A stretch of DNA of 64,000 bases from Curvularia clavata. Its lineage: Eukaryota. A program made the position numbers and the translations under genes. Shown piece after piece: positions 36,644-47,298 of the stretch (within the stretch, counting starts at the first letter, position 1; every line of letters starts with the position of its first letter). The DNA is taken from NCBI GenBank assembly GCA_023920165.1, contig CP089279.1, positions 1,116,001 through 1,180,000 on the forward strand, read 5' to 3'. Under the pieces are notes generated by a model. The model was given only the letters and a program-made list of their open reading frames with translations, did not search any database and had not been told where the DNA came from.

Positions 36644-38335
36644 ATGATCATGGTACCTCAGAAGAGGAGTACTGGCGTCACGCCAGTCGAGAAAGATCTA
36701 TCAGAAGATCCCATCGATATCAACTTGGCCAAAAGCTTGGTTGTTCAGTATGGCTTGAGAGAACGTTTCCTGAGCCGCATGTCAAGGGTTCTTCATGCCG
36801 CAGTCAGCATGCGAGAGGACACCTTCAAGAATGCTGTGGATATACATTTATCCTACAAAGACTCAAGAACACGCAATATCACGAAACAAGATCTTATTGG
36901 AGTGGAGAACACGTTGGCATCAATTGCAAAGCTTCCTCGAGGTACGTCACTACAACAACTCTACTTGCTCATTCTCAGCGCTGACGAGTCACATCTAGGT
37001 GCAAGTCTTAAGAGGGCTGAAGAGAATCTCTGGGAAGCAGTTCTTCTGCTTTCCTACATCGACGCTCGTGCTGCCATCTACTCCCTTCGTGACAGCTTCA
37101 AAGAATATAGCGACATCTTCGCTGACATCATCACCATCACGTTCGGGTTTTATGATGATGAAGACAGTTATTCGAAGCTCGATCAAGAACTCGGAGACCG
37201 CATCATCAAGCTCTCGGAATCTGTTCAAGCATATAACGAGTCCCTGAAGGAGACGAACGATTTGATCCACACCGCTGAAGAGATAGCAAAAGAACCAAAT
37301 TTTGAAGAGCGCTTGAACAACCTCATTAGGGATGCTTCATTTGCAAATGAGCTTTTTGAACTCATGTGCAAACTGGGTTTTCCAAAGCGAGCGTACGGTA
37401 CTCTGATATCCGTTGCAAGGACGACAAAGACTTTCGAGAATGTTACATTCCGCGACAAATCGTTCTCATCAGCGACGAAGATCCCTTTCCAAACGAAGGC
37501 TCGGCCTCTGTCTAACAATCCCAGCCAAGCTGTACAATCGGAAAACACATACCCAACTCCAACATCACCTCTGAGTCCTTCGACTGCTTCCACTGCCCCG
37601 AGTGCGACTGCATCCGCTCCTCTGACGCCCCTAACGCCTCTGAGTCCCCAGGTTCCGCCCTTCCCTGCAGAGAAAAATAGACTCCAGCAAGAGGCTACTC
37701 TGCTCATTGGATCAATCTTGGATAACCAACTTCTTACAAAACATGACAACGCGTGGTACTCTTTCGGATTCGTTTGCACTAGAGACGAAGAAGAGGAGCG
37801 GTCACTGGCAGGCCTTTATTCCGTCCTCCTACAGGAAGCAGACAGTGTCCAGACCTTCTTCCACGAGCTTCATCACGCACTGGAGTCGCATTCGCTAGTG
37901 CCACTGTTCGTTGCGAAAGGCTACGAGATCTTCCGTGAACACTTCCCTCACTTAGAAGCTTTCCTTTCCACACCACCCGAGCAGCGCGCTACAGTATGGC
38001 GGCTGAAGCAGTTCATTCTAGACCCTGATAAGACGGAGCCGCCAGCGTGCCTTCGACGTGACTACGGCTTCAAGATGTGCAAGCAGAGGGAGGAAGTTTT
38101 GCGTTTGAAGGCCATATACGTCAAGGTTCTCGAGAAGATGGAGCCAGAGGATTTGCATGCAGCTTGCTTATATGGTAGGCTGTTCGAGGCAGCCGTGTGT
38201 GAGGGTGTGGCCATTGACGAGAAAGATCGGAGGCTCATGCATAACGACTACCCCTCGCCTTTCATCGGATTCGACAACGATACCGGACTCGCGGGCTATC
38301 AGCTGCCGTTATTTAGGAAGCAGGAGAAGTTGTGA
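36644..38335 (+). CDS. Hypothetical protein: helical N-terminal region, Ser/Pro linker, C-terminal duplicated (D/S)(Y/F)GF..C/T....E...L..LY motif
   Basis: Long open frame (36590-38335) with first in-frame ATG at 36644. Upstream TATA, CT-rich leader and two apparent 5' UTR introns (about 36238-36397 and 36474-36529). Confidence 0.8.
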   Translation: MIMVPQKRSTGVTPVEKDLSEDPIDINLAKSLVVQYGLRERFLSRMSRVLHAAVSMREDTFKNAVDIHLSYKDSRTRNITKQDLIGVENTLASIAKLPRGTSLQQLYLLILSADESHLGASLKRAEENLWEAVLLLSYIDARAAIYSLRDSFKEYSDIFADIITITFGFYDDEDSYSKLDQELGDRIIKLSESVQAYNESLKETNDLIHTAEEIAKEPNFEERLNNLIRDASFANELFELMCKLGFPKRAYGTLISVARTTKTFENVTFRDKSFSSATKIPFQTKARPLSNNPSQAVQSENTYPTPTSPLSPSTASTAPSATASAPLTPLTPLSPQVPPFPAEKNRLQQEATLLIGSILDNQLLTKHDNAWYSFGFVCTRDEEEERSLAGLYSVLLQEADSVQTFFHELHHALESHSLVPLFVAKGYEIFREHFPHLEAFLSTPPEQRATVWRLKQFILDPDKTEPPACLRRDYGFKMCKQREEVLRLKAIYVKVLEKMEPEDLHAACLYGRLFEAAVCEGVAIDEKDRRLMHNDYPSPFIGFDNDTGLAGYQLPLFRKQEKL

Positions 38336-38502
38336 GGCGAGATGGTCAGGTGGAGCATTCTGGGAGCTGGTATTTGTCACATCTCCAGGTCATGGCGCAG
38401 AGATTTTTGTCGGAGGTCTTTGGCTTATGGGTACATCTTATGAGACTGGTCGCTGAAACATTTGGGACAAGGCTTAGTTTGGACTTGACTATAACTAAAG
38501 GT

Positions 38503-38580
38503 TTAACAGATATTGGCTATAGGGGTTAACAGGCATTAGGTATAGCGGTTAATAGGCATTGGGTATAGTGGTTAACAAGC
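38503..38580. repeat. 23-bp minisatellite, about 3.4 copies
   Basis: Units start at 38503, 38526, 38549 and 38572: TTAACAGATATTGGCTATAGGGG / TTAACAGGCATTAGGTATAGCGG / TTAATAGGCATTGGGTATAGTGG / TTAACAAGC. Confidence 0.85.
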
Positions 38581-39282
38581 TTTGTTTATGGTAAACTTCT
38601 GCTCTCACCTATGCGCTGTCATTTTATTGGCACAGGACGAGGCTGACCTTGGTCATGACTATCACCAATCACCATAACATCCAGCCTTTGCAGCACAACA
38701 GAGCCAGTGGTGTGACACGATTTAGTGGCAGACATAGACCGCAAGCACCGCCAATAGTCAGCAACACAAATATATTCCAGCAAGGCTGTCGGGCGGGAAT
38801 ACGGCAAGTGATGTATTGGATAAACAGGGGGTGAGATGAACAAGGCGAATCTGAGGGTTGCCGCGTTGTGGGCCTGAGACCCGTTTCTTTGGTAACTAGT
38901 GCGCAATTGATGACTACGTACGTCGCTGACACGCAGCTTTCATTGCCCAAGCATCACGAGCGCCTTGCTCATCAATACTGCAAAGCCATCCAATATCCTG
39001 TTACGCGTCCTGCGCTGTCCACGAAGCCGAGGCCGAATCGACAATGATTGGCGTGGGTGCCTTGCGTTCGGCGGATGACGGGCTGTCCGGACGTATCCGC
39101 TACGCAGATCCCACGTTTGCGCATTCGCGCAATGGTGCCTAGATGCTTATTACGGCCGGCTAGACAATTTTCAAGGTTGTCATGATATCTCTTTAACAAA
39201 GTTGCTGGCTATCACCTGTGTTGTTTCTTTCAATTTGCGAATCGGAGCAAACTCACGGAAGGCCACCCACCATCCTTGCGCA

Positions 39283-41157
39283 ATGGCAGCCATACCATCT
39301 TGCATAAATTCACCCGTGAGCTTGCCTAGGCTGTGCACGGCCAAGAACAGTCATAGGAGAGACTCGCTTTCGTCTTCGAGAACCAGGGACTCGGGCTACA
39401 ATAGCGACCTGGATTCCCTTTCGCCCTTGGAAATAGGGGGATTGGATCAAGGTACGCTTCATTGAGACTCTTTCAGCAGTCTAGATCACTAAGAGGCGCT
39501 CCAGATTTGTTTCACGCACCCCTTCCGTGCGTACCGAGTGTTTTTCACGGTATCAAAGCTACGCCATTCCAACCCTACATCAAATTTGATAGGCCAAGGG
39601 GCTTCGGGCGGCGCATCTCCCCAAGCGACCCCGCAAGAACTGTTGCGGGTCGGGGGATCCCGCGAAGCTTTCCTGGGGTTCCCGAATTGGAAAATATCGC
39701 TTGTGACGGAGCTGCAGAAACTCTAAAAACCCAACCAGCTTCTCAAGATGAAGAAATAGAGAAATGGGTAAATGAGAATTTGCCCTCGAGTAACAAGCCG
39801 GAGCAGCGATCGCTATCAATCACTTCGTTGTCTTCAACGAGCAGTTGCGACATGTATACAAGCACGGACGTCAGCGATGATGAACACGAGTACGAAAAGG
39901 GGCAATTTGCCCTTCGACAAGCCAAGTCCACTGTCAAGGTCATCGAGTTCATCATCAGAAAGGTTGAAATCAGTTTACGGCATGCAGCTTACAAGCAATG
40001 CGTGGGCAACGACACTTCAAATGCTCACACTGGAGTTTCCATTCCTACGACTCAGAACAGCGGCAAAACGTCACTAAGTTCTGGCTCGAAGAGAAAGGCA
40101 CGTCAAGACAGTTTACCGCCAGATGATGAGGACGACGAAGAATCTCCGAACAAGAGGCGTCGCGGATCAGTGACCGCCTCAGACGAATCAGAGATGGGCA
40201 CGCGCTTTGCGTGTCCGTTCTACAAACACGATCCAAATCGATACCGTAACAGACGTACCTGTCCCGGACCTGGCTGGACAACTGTCCACCGAATGAAGGA
40301 GCATCTATATCGGTCACATGCCCAGCCAATATTTTGTCCAATCTGTTACACAACTTTCAAGTCGGACAAGGAGCAATCGAGTCATGTGCGCTTGCAGCAA
40401 TGCCAGAGGTCTTCTCCTCAGCAAATCGATGGTATTGATCGAGAAACAGTGTGGACACTAAGAAAGCGCACAACTGCACTGAGACTGGAGGAAGATAAGT
40501 GGAGGGATGTATATCAGATTCTTTTCCCACATGTCCCAGCTGCGGATATTCCAAGTCCATGTAAGTCCTCTTCGTCTCTCCGAAGCTTCTAAATAGTTTA
40601 CTAACGAACTCATAGTTTACGACTGTGATTCACCCAGCGAAGCCTCGCGAAGATTCCGCAGAGACTTACTACGTCGCGTGCAAGAAGAGCTGTACGCTGA
40701 AGCCGAGCAAATGTCCAATTCGGTCGAGCAGCAGCTTCTACAGCGAGTAGCTCAGATTGTCCGTCGTTGCGAACATGAGCTCGTCAACCAGGCTCGCCCG
40801 GCGGACTTCAACACTGACCGCCGTCCTAGTGCTAGCTCTATAGGCAGCTCGTATCTGGCTACACCTGCGTCGGCACTTAGTCCACCCACGACAGCAACGA
40901 CGCAGAGACCTTCTACGCCGGTGGCGCCAGTGCAGGTGTACAACAACCAGTCGCATACTGCAATGGCTCTTCAAGGCACCATGCAGTATATCCCCGAGCC
41001 TACAGCGGACTTTTCGCAGGTCGTCTGGGATGATCAATCGTATAACCCGTTCAGTCTGGGCATTGATTGGGATGACGTCTTCTCATCTGCGCCGGACTTG
41101 CAGTATCGGAGTAGTGATGAACCTACTGTAGTATATTCAAGGGCCATGTGGACATAG
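39283..41157 (+). CDS. Fungal C2H2-like zinc finger protein (FACPFYK type), 3 exons
   Basis: FACPFYKHDP...TCPGPGW...RMKEHLYRSH...FCPICYTTF...HVRLQQC...KWRDVYQILFP. Introns 39452-39504 and 40561-40615 join in frame; basic NLS-like KRKAR...KRRR. Confidence 0.85.
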
Positions 41158-41436
41158 AAGAATACAAATGTTTTGTCTTTGAGAGATGATTCGCATGTGA
41201 TTCGTGATTATATAGACTAGGGGTTTTGGCATAAATCCCTCTTGTCGGCTCTAACTACATGCTTTCTAGGCTACCTTAACATTAAGATTGCGTTCCCCTG
41301 ACTACTACGAACGCTTGTTAGGATAGTGTGGGCTTGCTGTACAACGACGTCAGAAGCGCAGAGGCCTTAGCGCAACACGAGTCATTCATCATACATTCCC
41401 GCGCGACAACTTTTACAATCTTCAGTTGCAGACACA

Positions 41437-42660
41437 ATGCCACCAGCAACTCGCATAGCCACGGTCGAATTCCGCTCGCTCCTGCTGCCTCCCGTGAGAC
41501 TCCCAATTCGAGCGCTTCAAACATTATATCGTCCACAATGTGCAATCTCGAATCCCCGCTGCGCTCCTCCGCAATGTCTGACGCAACGGCGTGGCATGAA
41601 TCTCTACAAGACGGCTAAATCCAAGACACTTCTCGGACAACACAAAGCTTTAATATTCTCGCCGTACACCGTAGAACCTCCAAGTGCTTCACCGCATCGC
41701 ATCAACCTCTTCGAGGGCGATAAGCACCATTCCAACCATACACTGATAGCGAAGGATGTCTCATTGCAAGAAGTTTACGACAACTATGTCAAGGATGGGT
41801 ACATGATTTACAGCATGCAGCCATTGAAGAAAAACATGGCAAGTGATTTTAAGGACGTCCCAGAAGACGATTTCCCGGCCATATACAAGGACTATTCATT
41901 TGTCCATGCCCATACACATCGAGTTCCAATGGATAGTCGCCAGAAAGGCCGCCAGCTTGGAGGACTGAAGAACATTATCTTCAATGAGTCGAGTCCTACA
42001 TCGTACTACAGAATCTCGATGGATCGCGCCTATCAATTCATTGAGGGCGGCTCACCTGTCGAGGTTCGCATCCGATTACAGGGCAAGGTATCCAAATTTG
42101 AGAGACACCAGCCTGGTGACCCTACCATCTGGCCATGGATGCACGCTCGCTTCCCACACTTGCGACCTGATTTCATCATCAAAGGCATGCCCGAAGGCAC
42201 AAAGTTCTTGATCAACCCCGTCAGCGACGGGCGTGTATGCCAATGGGTTATGGCGCGACCGGCCCAAGACACGACGCAGAACCTCGACGAGCAGTTCGAG
42301 AAGATCAAAAGAAGGGTGACGCAATCAATCAAGGTTGGACGGCAGGAGATGCTGCCAAAGCTTATGCGCGCACAACTGGTAGAGTCTGGGAGTGCGGACT
42401 ACTCACCTCACACGGGCCTGCCGAGAGTGAAGGCGAGAGCAAAGTATGCAAAGGGTGGAGATGTCACGTATGGGGCGGAGGAGAAGAAGCGCAGGGCAAA
42501 GGATGCAGAAGGGGCAGGATTCTTGGTGCCTGATGCGGAGATGGTGAGAAAAGCAGAGGAAGACAGGGCACCAAGAGTAAAGGAGGACAAGGCAGATGAA
42601 AAGCAGGGGAAAAGGGAGCGCCAGCCAGCTCCATGGACGGGACGAGGCAGCAGGCGGTGA
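41437..42660 (+). CDS. Probable mitochondrial protein with a translation initiation factor IF3 C-terminal-like domain
   Basis: Arg-rich, acid-poor N-terminus (presequence-like). LKNIIFNESSPTSYYRISMDRAYQFIEGGSPVEVRIRLQG parallels the bacterial IF3C pattern (KEIKF...DY..K......FL..G..AKITLRFRG). Confidence 0.6.
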   Translation: MPPATRIATVEFRSLLLPPVRLPIRALQTLYRPQCAISNPRCAPPQCLTQRRGMNLYKTAKSKTLLGQHKALIFSPYTVEPPSASPHRINLFEGDKHHSNHTLIAKDVSLQEVYDNYVKDGYMIYSMQPLKKNMASDFKDVPEDDFPAIYKDYSFVHAHTHRVPMDSRQKGRQLGGLKNIIFNESSPTSYYRISMDRAYQFIEGGSPVEVRIRLQGKVSKFERHQPGDPTIWPWMHARFPHLRPDFIIKGMPEGTKFLINPVSDGRVCQWVMARPAQDTTQNLDEQFEKIKRRVTQSIKVGRQEMLPKLMRAQLVESGSADYSPHTGLPRVKARAKYAKGGDVTYGAEEKKRRAKDAEGAGFLVPDAEMVRKAEEDRAPRVKEDKADEKQGKRERQPAPWTGRGSRR

Positions 42661-43174
42661 GGGGTGCCTAGTTTGCATTGTGGCAGATGTACGATGTAGT
42701 ATATGTGTGTATATATAGAGCGAGGGCTGAATACGTGTACAGCCAGGTCCACCGGGCCCATGCCATGTACGATGATGCTTGGCGGAGTGGTTAGGGCTGA
42801 CGGGAAACAAGATTGAGATTGGGCATGTCGGGGTCCGTCCGGCTCGGTCGTGGAAAACGGCGGCGCGCATCGCTACCCACAAGCCAGACCCTTAGACTGA
42901 CGACTCCTACTCCTGCTCGACTCCTCTCCCTAGGCCACTGTGTGCTGTAAATGCCCGCCAACTAGCGACCCCCAAGGCCCCCCGAATAATAATGCTGCGG
43001 CACTGAGCCTCGCTTTTCACCCGCGACATCCAATTCCTCCCATATACGTATCTCTTAATTACAAACCCCTCCCCGCGTCCTTCGTCATCATCGCCGCTGC
43101 ATTCCGCATCCCGGTCGCTACACGCATACCTTTCCTCGAGCCCACCACGTCACAACCCCCCCGTCGGAGCCTCA

Positions 43175-46100
43175 ATGAACGCAGCGCGCCAGGCGTGCCG
43201 CCCAAAGCACCAGGTCCTGGTACTCAAATGCTATCCCAAAGTCCAGAAGAACAATGCCGATGCAAAGGCCAATTCGAGCGAGTTGAGCTACCTGCTCTAC
43301 TATGCAAGCACGCGCCGGAGTAAGCTGCAAAAGGTCGTCGACTTTCTGGACAAGCGCACCACCAAGGATGTGTGGAAGGTCCGCACAGGCAATGTCCAGG
43401 TTACGCTGCAGATTGTCAAGACGGTCATAGAGAAGTGCCCTCGCGACCTTCCGCTCTATGCCGGCTCTGTGCTGCAAATCCTGCGCACTATTCTCAACTC
43501 CAACAACGTCAGCATGATTGAGGAATCCGTCCCGACGTTCGAGGCCCTATGCGCACACCAGGAACCAGCTGCTCTCGCTGCCGACCAGGACTACATTAGG
43601 AAGTATGAGGAGGTTGTACAGCTGTACGCTCAGTTCGCGTCCAAGGATGCGGTCAAGACGGGGAAAGGGGCTGTAAGCTGGCCGGTTGCCATCAGGTACC
43701 GCAAGATGGGACTGCAGGCGCTCAAGGCTGTGGCTTCGTCCGAGTCGCTGAGTTCCGAAACGGGGCGCCAGCTAGCCGTCATAATACCAGTCATTCTCGC
43801 CAACATATACTCGGAGACGGGCGCATACCTCAAGCGGCTGGAGACCCGAGAAGCCGCTCAGGGCGAACACGAAAAGGAAGTCACACTACGACGGCGACAG
43901 AGTGTATCCACGGCGCGAACCGACGAGGAGGATGGTGATCCCATAGCAGCATCTGCAACCACCGAAGACGCGGACAAACTGGCCGAGGAGGAGGTTGGCG
44001 TGCTTGCGCTCCAGGCGCTGAGGAGCATTTTCCAAGGGGTCAATCGAGGTCAACTTCGGCTTGCGACATCCGCTGTCCTGAACTTTATCGGAACCAATGT
44101 CAAGAGCCAACTCGAGGCCCCGCCGAGCGAAAGCAGCCATTGGGCGACGACACTCATGGCTATGATTTGCGTCTGGGTTCCTGTGCAAGACCGATATAGG
44201 GTACTGGTCGGGACGGTTGAAGCCTTGGTTCGCAGCCCAATTGTTGAGGACGACATCGAGCGACAACTGGTGCTAGCCACTGTGATTGACTACCTTCTTG
44301 CCTCGCCCATCAACTTCATTGGTCTCAGTGTCATGGATGCGCTAGTTGGGTTCATCTCGCACACTCTGTTGCTACTGCAGCTCGGTGGCCCTGGATCCAA
44401 CATCTTGCCTCATCATCAGCCGACAGCCCCTGTCATGTCGGAAAAGGAGGAGGTCAAGCAGCCACCGCCAACTAATCCAGACGGCGTGGTCATGGAAGTT
44501 GTGAAGAAGCTTTCTGGTGCAAGATTGCAACTCCTAGATACGGTACAGAAATGTATGGCAGATCTAGCAACTCACGTCTACTATACGGACCAAATCTCCG
44601 ACATGGTCGAGGCTATTCTGAGCCGTCTTAAACCTTCGCGTCTCTCAGCCATTTCTACTACCGCTGAAGCAATAGAGAATCCTGAAGGCGCTGTCGAGGC
44701 TGTCGCAGACTCGATCAGCATGCAGGAAAAGACTCACGTTGATCGTTTCTTCTCATTTGAGACGGCACGGATCACTGCGCTCGATGCGGTCAAAGCCATC
44801 CTGAAGAGGGCGAACGCAAAGAAGCCAGATGGTTCAGCCGCCTCGGTCTCGCGAAGCAAGGTGGGCGTGAGCGTGTGGGAAGGGTCGCAATGGTTGCTGC
44901 GCGACCCCAGTGGCGGTGTCAGAAAAGCCTATGTTGATGCATTGGTCACATGGCTGAACAACGAAAAGGACAAGGAGGACTTGAGAATCGTAGACAATTA
45001 CAGGCGGAAAGAGAGGGACAACGAAAAGAACTCCCTATCCAGACGCGCAGTATCAAGCGCCTCGACACGGGAGCGGGTATCAAAGCGCGGCAAGGATACG
45101 TTTTTGCCGCTTCTTCATCTGGCGGTGTACGAAAATGCGCATCAGTATATCGACTCGGAAGCTGACTACTTGCTCCTGCACCTCCTTCTTTCTACCCTGG
45201 TCAACCGGTTAGGCGTCAATGCGGCGAGGAGTGGGCTCCCAATGGTTATGCGGCTGCAAGAGGATATTGTAACCATTGAGGATCCTGGTGCCAAGTTGCG
45301 TGTTGGAAGTTTGGTCCATGGCTACCTCTGGGCGCTCAGCTCAGCGTTGGATTTTGAAGTCACCTCGGTCGGTCGTGCGTTGCATAACGAGATTACGCGT
45401 CGAAACCAGAAGGGTCTGTGGATGAAGAGCATCAACGTCCCGCCCATGCCTATCGATTTGATCGAAACGCCGCATCCAACGCCAGTTGCGGTGCCTCCGG
45501 AGATTGTTCAAAACGAGGCTCTCAAACCCTTTGATGACCTCGAAGCTTTGGTAGAGAAGATCTCAGAAGGTTATTCGACTTCATTGTATTCTCCCCCTGC
45601 TTCACCCCCAGGTTCACCCAGCCGCGGAGCATCTGTGAACTCTTCGATTCCTGCGATCCATCAACCAGCGCAGCCAGCGGCGCCCCGTGATGCTCCTGAG
45701 CTACCCTTCAGGGTTCGGGAAGACCTCATGGCATCATGGACTCGTGACGATTGCCTTGCTAACCACACCAAGGATTCGACATCAGCATCCGTGAGCGGAT
45801 CCAGGTCTGGCACTCACTACACCAAGAATAACTTCCTTGGCGTTAACATTCCCCATGGAAACCTTGACAGCAATGCCAGCTCTCCTGTTCCAAGCCCAAG
45901 ACGGGCACAGAGCAGGCCTGCCTCTGCTGCTCACGGCCTCGTAGGTCGCCTTTCCTCACCAAATCGAAGTCGCAGCCCAGGTGGCACGCCTAACAGTTCG
46001 TCGTCCATGCGCTCAACCGTACGAGTCGACGATCTCAGACGTGCTCTATCCACCTCGGGCGGCGGACCACCCCGAACAGGCTATTCTGTTCGCGCTCCTT

Positions 46101-46645
46101 CGCAACGCCACCGCAAATCTTCTTCAGACCACGCATCCACAACTTCAGAATCACTCGTTAGCGTACACTCCCTCTCTGACGCTTCTTTCATCACCACGAA
46201 CCCAGCCGGAGATTCTCAGCAGCTCCACAACCCGGATTCCCCAACCACACCCGCTGCTACTCCAACGCCCCGGCCCCAGACTGCCACATCGACACATTCA
46301 AGCGCTCCAGCTCACCAACCAGTATACACCATGGAAAACCCTCCTCCTGTGCCTCCCATCCCAGAAGACCTCAAAGCCAACGCCAATGGCGAAATCCACA
46401 CCGTTGACTTTGCCTCGCGGCCTCGCACGGCACCAAACGGCGGCATGGTCAGCAAATCTCGTAGTGTGAAGAGCGCAACTAGCAGGAGCCGCAGTGGAGA
46501 TCGCAGCAGAGGTAGTACAGCCAAATCTTTTGTCAGTCCTGCCAAACCGGATTTCTCGGGCTTTTTGGATAGCATTGGGGTTGAGGATGCAGATAATGAG
46601 GATGCGGATGGAGAGGAAGTAAAAGTGAGTAGGGCGCCGTATTGA
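43175..46645 (+). CDS. EFR3: Efr3, plasma-membrane scaffold of the PI 4-kinase (Stt4) complex
   Basis: CRPKHQVLVLKCYP...NSSELSYLLYYASTRRSKLQKV, GNVQVTLQI, NFIGLSVMDAL, LATHVYYTDQISDM; intronless 1156 aa. Confidence 0.95.
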   Translation: MNAARQACRPKHQVLVLKCYPKVQKNNADAKANSSELSYLLYYASTRRSKLQKVVDFLDKRTTKDVWKVRTGNVQVTLQIVKTVIEKCPRDLPLYAGSVLQILRTILNSNNVSMIEESVPTFEALCAHQEPAALAADQDYIRKYEEVVQLYAQFASKDAVKTGKGAVSWPVAIRYRKMGLQALKAVASSESLSSETGRQLAVIIPVILANIYSETGAYLKRLETREAAQGEHEKEVTLRRRQSVSTARTDEEDGDPIAASATTEDADKLAEEEVGVLALQALRSIFQGVNRGQLRLATSAVLNFIGTNVKSQLEAPPSESSHWATTLMAMICVWVPVQDRYRVLVGTVEALVRSPIVEDDIERQLVLATVIDYLLASPINFIGLSVMDALVGFISHTLLLLQLGGPGSNILPHHQPTAPVMSEKEEVKQPPPTNPDGVVMEVVKKLSGARLQLLDTVQKCMADLATHVYYTDQISDMVEAILSRLKPSRLSAISTTAEAIENPEGAVEAVADSISMQEKTHVDRFFSFETARITALDAVKAILKRANAKKPDGSAASVSRSKVGVSVWEGSQWLLRDPSGGVRKAYVDALVTWLNNEKDKEDLRIVDNYRRKERDNEKNSLSRRAVSSASTRERVSKRGKDTFLPLLHLAVYENAHQYIDSEADYLLLHLLLSTLVNRLGVNAARSGLPMVMRLQEDIVTIEDPGAKLRVGSLVHGYLWALSSALDFEVTSVGRALHNEITRRNQKGLWMKSINVPPMPIDLIETPHPTPVAVPPEIVQNEALKPFDDLEALVEKISEGYSTSLYSPPASPPGSPSRGASVNSSIPAIHQPAQPAAPRDAPELPFRVREDLMASWTRDDCLANHTKDSTSASVSGSRSGTHYTKNNFLGVNIPHGNLDSNASSPVPSPRRAQSRPASAAHGLVGRLSSPNRSRSPGGTPNSSSSMRSTVRVDDLRRALSTSGGGPPRTGYSVRAPSQRHRKSSSDHASTTSESLVSVHSLSDASFITTNPAGDSQQLHNPDSPTTPAATPTPRPQTATSTHSSAPAHQPVYTMENPPPVPPIPEDLKANANGEIHTVDFASRPRTAPNGGMVSKSRSVKSATSRSRSGDRSRGSTAKSFVSPAKPDFSGFLDSIGVEDADNEDADGEEVKVSRAPY

Positions 46646-47298
46646 GATTGGGAGTCGTGGGTTGTGATTTTAGGGAAAAAGGGGGAGAGAGGAAAGAGTG
46701 TCTGAGTGAAGAATAGCCATGCTAAGAATATTTCTTTTGTTTTTTTTTCCTCCCTTTCCTCTCCGTTGTTTTGCTGCTTAGCGCAGCGTTGCTCTCCGCC
46801 TCCACCGTTTTTTTTGTTGTAGATTTTTTTTCTTTCTTGATTTCCCCTCCCCCACTTGTTCTGGTCTTGGTAATTATTGGTTCCTTTTTTGGGCTCTCAG
46901 GGATATATTGTACTCCAAGTAATTATAGCAGCGAAGAAAAAAGTAAATGCAGTGAGCGACTGTAGGTAGCAGCTAGATAGATGCCCCAATGAGCGCAAGC
47001 CTCGTGCAGGAGACGATTCTTGTCTGTTTTCGTCTACTTTTTGTCTTTCTGTATGCACGGGTATGGTTGTCGATGTGCTGAAGAGTTCGTAGTAAGAAGG
47101 GTTGTTTGGAGTTGAAAGTCCATATTAAATTTCTATCACAGCAAAGAGCCCTGCCACAGGTCTCAATATGACGAAGAGGATCCATGCCTTAGCACAACAA
47201 AGAAGAAGAAGAAAAAAAAAATGAACTAATAATCTAACCATTCTTCTATATAAGCGCTTTTCATCCAGATAACCATGTCCTTTCCCCTACCACATCCA

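Noticed and set aside
38503..38580. CRISPR-like array
   Set aside because: Units are contiguous with no spacers, the context is eukaryotic and there are no cas genes.
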